Part shown: in pieces, positions 1-8,170 of the stretch
Numbering within the stretch: the first letter of the stretch is position 1
Layout: every line of letters begins with the position of its first letter
NCBI RefSeq assembly: GCF_000734015.1
Contig: NZ_CP008796.1
Span: 1,560,001-1,592,000 of the forward strand
Source of the DNA: Thermodesulfobacterium commune DSM 2178
GTDB lineage: Bacteria > Desulfobacterota > Thermodesulfobacteria > Thermodesulfobacteriales > Thermodesulfobacteriaceae
Reading direction: 5' to 3'
Length of the DNA: 32,000 bases
Translations under genes and position numbers: made by a program
The notes under the pieces: model-generated
What the model was told of the DNA's origin: nothing
The model's database searches: none
Seen by the model: the letters and a program-made list of their open reading frames with translations, nothing else

Positions 1-1
1 A

Positions 2-691
2 ATATTTGAAATTTTAAAGAGAAAGATCGAAGGTGGAGAGTGGAAACCTGGGTCTAAGATTCCTACTGAGGAACAACTTTGTAAAATGTTTAATGTAAGT
101 AGGGTAACGGTAAGAAATGCTGTCTTAGAGCTTGTAAGGCATGGGTATTTGATAAGGAAACAAGGTAAGGGTACATTCGTAAGAAAAAATCTGGTTTTAG
201 AAGGCTTGACCATGTCGACGTTTCTCAAAACTCTTTGGGTTGAAGATGAAAGCATCTTAAGTAAAAAAGTTATTGCCAAAACTGTTGTTATGCCAATTGA
301 TGGCTTGCACGAAGAACTTGAGATTCCTGAGAATAAGCATGTGATATATGTTAAAGTTCTCTGGGAAAGCGAACAAGGACCTTCTATTCTTCAAGAATCT
401 TTTGTACCTTTTAGCATATGTCCACAACTTCTTGAGGAGGATATCGAAAATCAATCGATTATCGACCTTTTTGAAAAAAAATATAGTATAAAAATTACAA
501 AAGTATATACTTTTTTTGAGGTTTTTTATTTAAATAAAGAGCTGGCTGATCTGCTTCAAACTGCTGAAGGTAGTCCTGTAGTTTTGATGAAGCAAAAGGT
601 TTTTTCCGGAGATACAGTGGTGCTCTTAACCCATTTTTACAAAAAAAAGGATAGTACCAAATTGTTTTTGCTATTAAGAAGACAAACATAA
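2..691 (+). CDS. GntR-family (HutC/UTRA-type) transcriptional regulator, 5' end cut by window edge
   Basis: The frame is open from base 2. IFEILKRKIEGGEWKPGSKIPTEEQLCKMFNVSRVTVRNAVLELVRHGYLIRKQGKGTFV is a GntR winged-HTH. The ATG at 86 from the ORF track lies inside that HTH, so the real start is left of the window. The C-terminal ~140 aa look like an effector (UTRA-like) domain. Confidence 0.8.
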   Translation: MFEILKRKIEGGEWKPGSKIPTEEQLCKMFNVSRVTVRNAVLELVRHGYLIRKQGKGTFVRKNLVLEGLTMSTFLKTLWVEDESILSKKVIAKTVVMPIDGLHEELEIPENKHVIYVKVLWESEQGPSILQESFVPFSICPQLLEEDIENQSIIDLFEKKYSIKITKVYTFFEVFYLNKELADLLQTAEGSPVVLMKQKVFSGDTVVLLTHFYKKKDSTKLFLLLRRQT

Positions 692-709
692 AAAGTTAGG
701 GGGTGGGTT

Positions 710-1231
710 ATGTCATCAGGGAAATTAGTTAAAGATGTGATGTTGGGAATATTCGAGTATCCTCATATTCCCTACTGGTTTACCGTCGAACAGGCTATAA
801 AAGTTGTTAAAGCCTCTTTTATCCAAACCCAAAAACACACGGATCCGATTACAATTCTTGTTTTTGACGAAAAGTATAATCTTTTGGGAACGGTTACTAT
901 TAAAGACATCTTAAAAGGAATTGAACCTTCATTTCTTAAGCCTCCTCAAAAGGCGCAGGTTCCAGAAGAAGAACAAATCGGACTTGCTATAGTATGGGAT
1001 AGTTTGTTTACAAAAGAGTCTAAAAAATTGGCTCAAAGGCAGATAAGTGAGATTATGGTTCCTGCTAAATATTTTGTAGAACCATTAGACCCGGTTACTA
1101 AAGCTGCTTATTTGATGATCCATCATGATTTGCCAGTTTTGCCAGTTATTGAAGACAAAAAGAAGTTTGTTGGTATTGTAAGAATAGCTGAAGTTTTTGA
1201 CGCCATATGTGAAGAGATAATCAAAGGATAG
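710..1231 (+). CDS. CBS-domain pair protein
   Basis: An SD-like GGGGGTGG sits just upstream of the ATG. There are two CBS-type repeats (ITILVFDEKYNLLGTVTIKDIL and DLPVLPVIEDKKKFVGIVRIAEVF) and no other domain. The gene starts 18 nt after the GntR stop. Confidence 0.7.
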   Translation: MSSGKLVKDVMLGIFEYPHIPYWFTVEQAIKVVKASFIQTQKHTDPITILVFDEKYNLLGTVTIKDILKGIEPSFLKPPQKAQVPEEEQIGLAIVWDSLFTKESKKLAQRQISEIMVPAKYFVEPLDPVTKAAYLMIHHDLPVLPVIEDKKKFVGIVRIAEVFDAICEEIIKG

Positions 1232-1243
1232 GAGGGGAAGGAA

Positions 1244-2755
1244 ATGGCTAAGGAAAAAAGACCAGAGGGGTTGCCTGAACCACCAAAGGAGATTTATGTT
1301 GCCAAGGAAAAAAGAAAGATTAATTGGAAAAGAATTTTTTTTATTTTTCTTGGTTTAGCCTGTTTTTTTGCTGTTTATTTTTCACCTCCATGGCCAGATG
1401 CAGTGGATCCATTAGGAAAACATTTCCCCTTATCTCAACAAGCAAAGGGGGCTATAGGATTATTCCTTATGGCAGGTATTTGGTGGGTTTTTGAGGTTGT
1501 TCCTATAGGGGTTACAAGCATCGCAATAGGAGTTTTCCAGGCTCTATTTGCCATTCGTTCTGCCAAAGATGCTTTTCGTGATTTTATGGATCCTTCTGTT
1601 ATGTTTATCTTTGGTTCTGTGGTTGTCGGGATTGCCTTCACCAAAACAGGACTTACTAAAAGAATTGCTTACAAAATGCTAGAAATAGTAGGTGAAAGAA
1701 CAAGCATGATCCTTTTAGGAGCTCTTGTAGTCACAGCAGCGTTAACCCATTTTATGGCACACACCGCAGCTGCTGCAACAGTTTTTCCGATTTTACTGGC
1801 AATAAATTCTTTATATGGGGAATCTGAAAAACCAACGAAATTTGGAAAAGCCTTGTTCATAGGGATGGCTTATGCTGCTGGAGCGGGAAGTATTGTTACC
1901 TTTTTAGGAGCAGCAAGAGGACCTGCAGCTGCAGGTATGTTTAAAGAGTTTACAGGAAGAGATATAGGATTTTTTGAACTAACTAAGTATATGTTTTTGA
2001 TTGGTTGGCTGATGGTTTTCCTTATCTGGCTTTATTTTATTATCGTGCTTAAGCCAGAAAAATCCGTTATTAAGGGATTAAAAGAAAAGGTAAAACACAT
2101 GATGAAAGAACTTGGGCCTATGACTATCCAAGAGAAATTGGTTATTATTATAGTAATTGCAGTTGTTTTGGTTATGTCAGCTCAATCTTTTGTCCCTGCA
2201 TTACAACCCTTAGATCGTGCAGCTATTATGCTTTGCTCTACCTTGCTGTTTTTCCTCCTGGGAATTCTTACTGTGAAAGAACTTGAAGAAGTCCCATGGA
2301 ATATAATCCTTCTCTTCAGTGGAGCTATGAGTATTGGTTTTTGTTTGTGGAAAACAGGTGCAGCTCAGTGGATTGCTGTTAATTGGCTTGCACTTTTCAA
2401 AAGTGCACCTTGGATTATTTTTGTTTTGGGTGTATCTGTTTTTGTGTTGTTAATGACTAATTTTATCATGAACGTTGCTGCAATAGCTATATCTTTACCC
2501 GTATCTTTGGTTATCGCTCAGTATCTTGGTGTGGCTCCTGATGTTATACTTTATAGTTCTTTGGTAACAGCTGGTATGCCATTCTTGCTATTGATTGGAG
2601 CAGCTCCTAATGCGATTGCCTATCAGTCAGGACAGTTTACTCCAGGAGAATTTTTTAAACACGGTATTGTAATGAGCATAGTTCTTATTTTGGTCCTTGC
2701 ATTTTTTGTTGTTGTAATTTGGCCATTCTTGGGAATGCCAATATTACTAAAATAA
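1244..2755 (+). CDS. DASS/SLC13-type anion:cation symporter (substrate unknown)
   Basis: 503 aa and polytopic. Two hairpin-type segments, LTHFMAHTAAAATVFPI and LMTNFIMNVAAIAISLPV, align by eye with the paired SNT/SNV hairpin motifs of the DASS/ion-transporter superfamily. An SD GGAGGGG lies upstream. Confidence 0.7.
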   Translation: MAKEKRPEGLPEPPKEIYVAKEKRKINWKRIFFIFLGLACFFAVYFSPPWPDAVDPLGKHFPLSQQAKGAIGLFLMAGIWWVFEVVPIGVTSIAIGVFQALFAIRSAKDAFRDFMDPSVMFIFGSVVVGIAFTKTGLTKRIAYKMLEIVGERTSMILLGALVVTAALTHFMAHTAAAATVFPILLAINSLYGESEKPTKFGKALFIGMAYAAGAGSIVTFLGAARGPAAAGMFKEFTGRDIGFFELTKYMFLIGWLMVFLIWLYFIIVLKPEKSVIKGLKEKVKHMMKELGPMTIQEKLVIIIVIAVVLVMSAQSFVPALQPLDRAAIMLCSTLLFFLLGILTVKELEEVPWNIILLFSGAMSIGFCLWKTGAAQWIAVNWLALFKSAPWIIFVLGVSVFVLLMTNFIMNVAAIAISLPVSLVIAQYLGVAPDVILYSSLVTAGMPFLLLIGAAPNAIAYQSGQFTPGEFFKHGIVMSIVLILVLAFFVVVIWPFLGMPILLK

Positions 2756-2780
2756 AAAAATAAAATTAAGGAGGTAGGAT

Positions 2781-3491
2781 ATGGTTATTCAGCCAATTTT
2801 AGAGAAAATTTTTGGAAAGTTTTATAGAGAGTATGATTTCATAAAAAGATCATATGATATCTTAAAAGATTTTGGTTTTAACGATGGAAATTCCATAGCC
2901 TCTGTTTGTGTATGTAGAGACGAGATCTCCCAGACAGTAAGAAGTCACATAAAAAGAATGTGGGGGGAAGCCTTTAATTTTTCCAGTCTTGCTGGGCTTT
3001 TCACAGCCGGTAAGACTGGGATGAAAGCTTTTATAAGCCATGCTCCGCAGGTAGATGGTAAAGAACGATATGTTTTTTATGCCTTTTCTCACATCGCAAT
3101 TGATGAAAACGAAAACATGGGAGTATGCAAAAGGAAAGGGCTTGAAAAATCTCATGCTTGTGGGGCTTTGTGTCTTTTTCTTAATGAACTTAAGTCAGGA
3201 AAGATAAGTATAAGACTTGATGAAGAGGATATCGAAGAAAGTCTTTTAAAAAGAAGATTGCTTAGAGAATTGAAATACGGAGAGATCCCAGACCTTCTTA
3301 CTCTTACCAAAAAAACCCTTAAGGTAATCGTAGAAGATCTTGAGCATATAATAGAAAAGGTTGTGGATACTAAAAAGGCTGATTATGCCGTTATTTCAGG
3401 AATTCAGGTGCATGGACCAGAGGAAAACTACATCATTCCTGATGAATCTTACGTAGTGGTTAACGGTGAAAAGAAAGAAATAAAAATTTAG
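2781..3491 (+). CDS. conserved hypothetical soluble protein; possible LCIB-type beta-carbonic-anhydrase-like fold (tentative)
   Basis: 236 aa, with no TM helix or signal peptide, and a strong SD AAGGAGG. Candidate metal ligands are C43/C45 (VCVCRDE), H104 (FSHIAID) and C127 (SHACGAL). The spacing resembles the Cys-His-Cys zinc triad I recall for LCIB-family proteins. This rests on memory, not on a search. Confidence 0.35.
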   Translation: MVIQPILEKIFGKFYREYDFIKRSYDILKDFGFNDGNSIASVCVCRDEISQTVRSHIKRMWGEAFNFSSLAGLFTAGKTGMKAFISHAPQVDGKERYVFYAFSHIAIDENENMGVCKRKGLEKSHACGALCLFLNELKSGKISIRLDEEDIEESLLKRRLLRELKYGEIPDLLTLTKKTLKVIVEDLEHIIEKVVDTKKADYAVISGIQVHGPEENYIIPDESYVVVNGEKKEIKI

Positions 3492-3506
3492 ATTTAGGGG
3501 GTTTCC

Positions 3507-5237
3507 ATGAAGAAAACTTTCTTTTTGTTTGCCCTTTTTATTTTAATTTTACCTTTTTTGGTTTTTGCCGAGGATAATTCTCAGCAAAACATGGATAAGA
3601 TTCATATTTCAGGCATAATTTTTGATAATCATAAAGAGCCGGTTAAAGAGGCAGAGATAAAACTGTTAGTTGATGGAAAACCTTATAAGATACTAAAAGA
3701 ACATGGTAAGGTGGATAAAGTTATTAGTTCTTCTCATGGGACCTTTCAGCTTGACTTTCAACTGCCAAAGGGCTTAATTGAAACCGGAAAGATTCAACTT
3801 GAGATTGCCAAAACTTCGTTTAAAAAAACTGTAGTTGAGATTAAAAAGGAAGATTTTGCCGTAAAAGGCAATGAGTTTTATGTCAACAAAAATATCATAC
3901 TTGAGCGGTATATAGGGCCTGCTTTCTGGATTGCCACCATAGTTTTTGTCGTAACTTATGCGCTTATATCTTTTGAGTTGCTTCACAGAACGGTTGCAGC
4001 CATGCTTGGGGCTGCCACCATCCTTATCCTTACCTATACCCTGGGTACGATCAATTCTGATTTTCACATCATTTCTTTTGAAAGGGCCATAGAAGCCATA
4101 GACATGAACGTGATATTTCTTCTTATGGGTATGATGGTAATCATTGGAGTTCTTAAACATACAGGGGTTTTCCAGTGGTGCGCCTATATGTCATATAAAC
4201 TTGCCCGTGGCAATGTAATGGTTCTTAGCATAATTTCTTTCTTTTTCATAGCCATAACTTCTGCTTTTCTTGACAATGTGACGACTATGCTCCTTTATAC
4301 ACCGGTTTTAATCGAAATATCTATAGCACTAAAAATTAATCCTCTTTCTCTTTTAATACCAGGTATAATGGCCTCAAATGTAGGTGGAACAGCCACTCTC
4401 ATAGGTGACCCTCCAAACATCATGATCGGTTCATACACAGGGCTTACATTTATGCAGTTTGTCTATGCATTAACACCGGTGGTACTAATATGCATGATAG
4501 CGCTTATCATATACAACAAATTTTTCTATTCAAAGGAATACAAAAAAGGAAAAGTTGATGATGTCGATGCTTTCTTGAGCTATTTAAAGGAAGAATACAA
4601 GATTACAGACAAAACCCTTCTTACCTATGGACTTATCGTGATGTTAATAGTAGTTGGATTTTTTGCAACACATGGATACTGGCATATGGAGGTAAGTATT
4701 CCGGCTTTGTTTGGTGCAGGGATTCTTTTTACCTATGCAGTGCTTACTAAAAAAGTAAAAATGCTTGAGTTGATCGAAAAAGACATAGAATGGACAACTC
4801 TCTTATTTTTTATCTTTCTTTTTATAATAGTCGGGGCTGTAGAAGAGGTAGGATTACTTGCGATTATCGCAGACTGGGTGCATAATCTTTCAGCAGGAAA
4901 TCTTACAGTGGCCATATGTCTTATTTTGTGGGTCTCTGCTATAATGAGCGCTTTTGTGGATAACATACCTTTTACAGCGACGATGTTACCTATAGTTGCC
5001 TATCTTACAAAGGTGATACCTGGTGCTGAAAGTAACGTTCTCTGGTGGGCTTTAGCTTTAGGAGCCTGTTTAGGAGGAAATGGGACTATGATAGGTGCTT
5101 CTGCCAACGTAGTAACCATAGGAATTGCAGAATCTGCAGGTTATAAAATAAGCTTTTTTGGCTTTATGAAATATGCTTTTGTTTATATGTTAATAACCAT
5201 CATAATTAGTAATATCTGGTTGTTGCTTTTTTATTAA
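3507..5237 (+). CDS. ArsB/NhaD (CitMHS/SLC13-like) permease with signal peptide and N-terminal periplasmic beta-sandwich-like domain
   Basis: Signal peptide MKKTFFLFALFILILPFLVFA|ED, followed by ~110 hydrophilic aa (ISGIIFDNHKEPVKEAEIKLLVDGKPY is carboxypeptidase-regulatory-like). The polytopic body carries the paired motifs SAFLDNVTTMLLYTPV and SAFVDNIPFTATMLPI, typical of ArsB/NhaD-type permeases. Confidence 0.7.
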   Translation: MKKTFFLFALFILILPFLVFAEDNSQQNMDKIHISGIIFDNHKEPVKEAEIKLLVDGKPYKILKEHGKVDKVISSSHGTFQLDFQLPKGLIETGKIQLEIAKTSFKKTVVEIKKEDFAVKGNEFYVNKNIILERYIGPAFWIATIVFVVTYALISFELLHRTVAAMLGAATILILTYTLGTINSDFHIISFERAIEAIDMNVIFLLMGMMVIIGVLKHTGVFQWCAYMSYKLARGNVMVLSIISFFFIAITSAFLDNVTTMLLYTPVLIEISIALKINPLSLLIPGIMASNVGGTATLIGDPPNIMIGSYTGLTFMQFVYALTPVVLICMIALIIYNKFFYSKEYKKGKVDDVDAFLSYLKEEYKITDKTLLTYGLIVMLIVVGFFATHGYWHMEVSIPALFGAGILFTYAVLTKKVKMLELIEKDIEWTTLLFFIFLFIIVGAVEEVGLLAIIADWVHNLSAGNLTVAICLILWVSAIMSAFVDNIPFTATMLPIVAYLTKVIPGAESNVLWWALALGACLGGNGTMIGASANVVTIGIAESAGYKISFFGFMKYAFVYMLITIIISNIWLLLFY

Positions 5238-5254
5238 AATGTAGGAGGAAAACT

Positions 5255-6178
5255 ATGGTAAATTGCAGTCTCAAGAAGGTTTTACTACCTGTTGATAAAA
5301 GTGAAAATTCTTTGAGAGCCGTTAAGTTTGCAGGAAACTTTCTTAGAAACTTTCAGTTTGAAAACATAACCCTTTTTTATGTGATGACAGGTGGATATTT
5401 AAGTGAGCACATGAAAAACCTTGATTTTAGGGCAGAACTTATAAAAAATTCAGAAATTATAACGAAAATTAAAAAGAGACACGTGGAAGAAAACATAATG
5501 CCCTTTTTATCTGAGTATGAAAACGTGCTTAAAAACGCTGGTATCACCGGGTTGATAGAAAAGAAGGTTGATGAAGGAGACCCGGGAAATAAGATAATTG
5601 AATTTGCAGAAAGGGAAAATTTTCAGACTGTAATCCTTGCAAGAAGAGGTATCTCGGAAATAAAAAGCTATTTTCTTGGAAGTGTATCCAACAAAGTTTT
5701 ACATGGGTTGACCAATCGAAACATTTATCTTGTGGGAGAAAAAGAAGGCCCTATTCTTGACATTTTAGTTCCTGTCGATGGTTCCGAGTATTCCATGAAG
5801 GCAGTAGAGCATGCAGTGTGTATCACCAAGTACATCAAGGATATAAGGAAGGTAACCCTGTTAAGGGTTATCAATCTTTCTCTTTACCTTGAAAGAATAC
5901 AATCAGGTATAGACCCAGAAGAGGAAGCCAAAGAAATTCTTGATAAAGCTAAAAAAAGATTCTTAGAACAAGGAATTAAGGAGGAGTTGGTCGAGACAAA
6001 AATCTCTGTTGGGTTCCCTAAAGACGAGGTGGTTAAAGAAATAAATCAAGTGGTTTATAACCTAATAATCATGGGAAGAAAAGGACGTTCAGCTCTTAAA
6101 GACCTTGTTTTAGGTGGGGTAAGCTCAGCAGTAATAAACAAATGTTTAGAACCTACGATTGCGATAATAAACCTATAG
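5255..6178 (+). CDS. tandem universal stress protein (two UspA domains)
   Basis: Two Usp repeats begin at LLPVDKSENS and ILVPVDGSEYS. The C-terminal ATP-type motif is GRKGRSALKDLVLGGVSSAVI. SD AGGAGG. This is the last gene of the + strand operon. Confidence 0.8.
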   Translation: MVNCSLKKVLLPVDKSENSLRAVKFAGNFLRNFQFENITLFYVMTGGYLSEHMKNLDFRAELIKNSEIITKIKKRHVEENIMPFLSEYENVLKNAGITGLIEKKVDEGDPGNKIIEFAERENFQTVILARRGISEIKSYFLGSVSNKVLHGLTNRNIYLVGEKEGPILDILVPVDGSEYSMKAVEHAVCITKYIKDIRKVTLLRVINLSLYLERIQSGIDPEEEAKEILDKAKKRFLEQGIKEELVETKISVGFPKDEVVKEINQVVYNLIIMGRKGRSALKDLVLGGVSSAVINKCLEPTIAIINL

Positions 6179-6179
6179 G

Positions 6180-7151
6180 CTAAGCCACTCTTAAGTGGAT
6201 ACAGTCTCCTGAATAGATTTTAACCGCCCTTTGGTTTTCAGCTTCTAACCAAAGGGCGCCATCTTCTGCTATATCAAGGGCTTTTCCGATTAATTCTCCT
6301 TGAGGTCTTATGATTTTAACCTTTTTCCCCAGGGTTAAGCAGAGTTGTTTCCATTCGTTTAATATTTCTTCTGGTTTAACCTGAAAATAGTGATAAAAAT
6401 TTTTCATGATTTCTATGATTATATCTGTTCTGTTCCAAAGCCTGTTGGTAAGTTCTTTTAAAGAAATTCCCGTAGGTTCAAAAGAGTTTATCTGATTGTT
6501 TACGTTTATTCCTATGCCTATGATAGCGTAATCAATCTTATCTACTTCTGCTTTTAGTTCAAGCAAAATACCTGCTACCTTTTTTATTTCGTCGTTTGTT
6601 AAAAAGACTATATCATTTGGCCACTTTAGATAGAAAGAAAGGCTGGTTATCTGTCTAAGGGCTTTGCATACGCAGAGACTTGCAAGATAGGTAAGAATAA
6701 AACTTTCTCTTAAAGAAATGGAGGGGCGAATCAGTAGGCTCATCCATATCCCACCTTCGTTTGAAATCCAAGGCCTTCCCAGTCTTCCTCGTCCTGCGGT
6801 TTGTTTTTCAGCTATGACTAAAAAATTTTTTTCTTGTTCGGCAAGTTTTTTAGCTACTTCCATCGTCGAAGACACAGACCTAAAATAGTAAACCTTGTTT
6901 ATAAGATTTATCTTATGTGTTTCTAAGGCTTTTTCGATGTTTTCAGGCAAGATTAAGTCTGAGGTAGTAGAGAGGCTATACCCTTTTTTGGTGGTAACGA
7001 TAGGGTATCCTTCGTCTTTCAAAGCTTGAATGTATTTCCAGACTGCAGTCCTTGAAATTCCAATTCTTTGTGCCAAAACCTCCCCTGAGATACAGGAAGT
7101 TTGAGCTAACAGTTCTAAAATTTTAAGTTTTTTAACATTATAGTTACGCAT
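6180..7151 (-). CDS. birA: bifunctional biotin-[acetyl-CoA-carboxylase] ligase / biotin operon repressor
   Basis: N-terminal wHTH (KILELLAQTSCISGEVLAQRIGISRTAVWKYIQALKDEGYPI), the ligase motif QTAGRGRLGRPW, and a C-terminal SH3-like tail. I place the start at MRNYNVKK (7151). The longer ORF-track start (7250) reads through a tRNA gene. Confidence 0.85.
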   Translation of the reverse strand: MRNYNVKKLKILELLAQTSCISGEVLAQRIGISRTAVWKYIQALKDEGYPIVTTKKGYSLSTTSDLILPENIEKALETHKINLINKVYYFRSVSSTMEVAKKLAEQEKNFLVIAEKQTAGRGRLGRPWISNEGGIWMSLLIRPSISLRESFILTYLASLCVCKALRQITSLSFYLKWPNDIVFLTNDEIKKVAGILLELKAEVDKIDYAIIGIGINVNNQINSFEPTGISLKELTNRLWNRTDIIIEIMKNFYHYFQVKPEEILNEWKQLCLTLGKKVKIIRPQGELIGKALDIAEDGALWLEAENQRAVKIYSGDCIHLRVA

Positions 7152-7164
7152 AGCGGTTAAAAAA

Positions 7165-7256
7165 CGGAGGAGGAGGGATTCGAACCCCCGGAAGAGGTTT
7201 AATACCCCTTCAGCCGATTTCGAGTCGGCCCCCTTCGTCCACTCGGGCACTCCTCC
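7165..7256 (-). tRNA. tRNA-Ser (anticodon CGA), class II with long variable arm, no encoded CCA
   Basis: The reverse complement folds by hand: acceptor GGAGGAG/CUCCUCC, anticodon stem GCCGA/UCGGC with loop CUCGAAA, long variable arm, T arm GGGGG-UUCGAAU-CCCUC, discriminator G. Confidence 0.9.
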
Positions 7257-7313
7257 TTTTTATAAATAAACTTTAAACGTTTTTTATTTTTAGTCAACCT
7301 TGAACGAAGCTTG

Positions 7314-7347
7314 AAATAATAAAAGGGCAACCTTGAATAGGTTGCCC
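7314..7347 (-). terminator. Rho-independent terminator after the TauE-USP operon
   Basis: The - strand RNA reads GGGCAACCU-AUUCA-AGGUUGCCC followed by UUUUAUUAUUU. It lies 30 nt after the USP stop. Confidence 0.8.
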
Positions 7348-7377
7348 TAAAGTTTGACCTTAGAAGGATTTACGGAG

Positions 7378-8169
7378 TTATTTTATTAACACTACAGGAG
7401 CTTTAGAGTTTTCTACCACCCTTTCTGCTACGCTTCCTACTAAGATTTTTTCTAAACCGGTTTTCCCTTTATATCCCATTATAATAAGGTCTGTCTCTTT
7501 TTGAAAAGAAAATTCTAAAATCTTCTCAAAGGGCTCACCTTTGACTAAAGAGATTTCAACCTTGATTCCCTGATTTTTAGCCTTTTCTTCTGCCGCATTT
7601 ATACATTCTTCAGCAAAAGCAACATCGTTGTCTGTTTTAGCTACTGATATAACAAACAAAGTGCTTCCTACTTTTTTACAAAAATCGATCGCCCAAGAGG
7701 TAGCCTTTTGGCTATAAACAGACCCATCTGTAGCTAAAAGTATCTTTTCTGAGGTAGTAGAAGCCTCTGCCGGAACCACCGTAACCGGTGACGGAGACTT
7801 ACCGATAAGACTTCTACTTACTCTTCCTAAGGTATGCTTTCTTCCCATCATTAACATAGAAATTCCCAATCTTTGTACTTTATCCAAAATTATTTCTAAA
7901 GGGTCTGAACTGCTTAAAACAAAGGTTTCACAAGTTAATCCCTCTTGACTTGCCTCTTTTTTGATAAAGTCTACTGCCTCATAGGCCTTTTTCTCTAAAA
8001 TTTCTATCAGTTTAGGGTAAACTTCCATCAATTCAGGACCAAGAGGAATCACCTCTGCTACACTTAAGCCATACAGTTTACTGTTAAAGATTTTAGCCCA
8101 CTTTACCCCTAATTTTGCAGCCTTTTCAGCTGCTTGAGAGCCGTCGGTGGCGATGAGTATTTTTTCCAT
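7378..8169 (-). CDS. tandem universal stress protein (two UspA domains)
   Basis: The protein starts MEKILIATDGS, with a GGAGGTG SD 5 nt upstream that is embedded in the end of the preceding gene. The second repeat begins KILLATDGSVYS. The ORF-track start at 8211 adds 14 aa overlapping the upstream gene and lacks an SD. Confidence 0.8.
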   Translation of the reverse strand: MEKILIATDGSQAAEKAAKLGVKWAKIFNSKLYGLSVAEVIPLGPELMEVYPKLIEILEKKAYEAVDFIKKEASQEGLTCETFVLSSSDPLEIILDKVQRLGISMLMMGRKHTLGRVSRSLIGKSPSPVTVVPAEASTTSEKILLATDGSVYSQKATSWAIDFCKKVGSTLFVISVAKTDNDVAFAEECINAAEEKAKNQGIKVEISLVKGEPFEKILEFSFQKETDLIIMGYKGKTGLEKILVGSVAERVVENSKAPVVLIK

Positions 8170-8170
8170 T

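Noticed and set aside
7152-7250. N-terminal 33 codons of the 356-aa birA ORF
   Set aside because: This stretch is the antisense-free read-through of tRNA-Ser(CGA) (7165-7256). The BirA wHTH begins right after Met at 7151.
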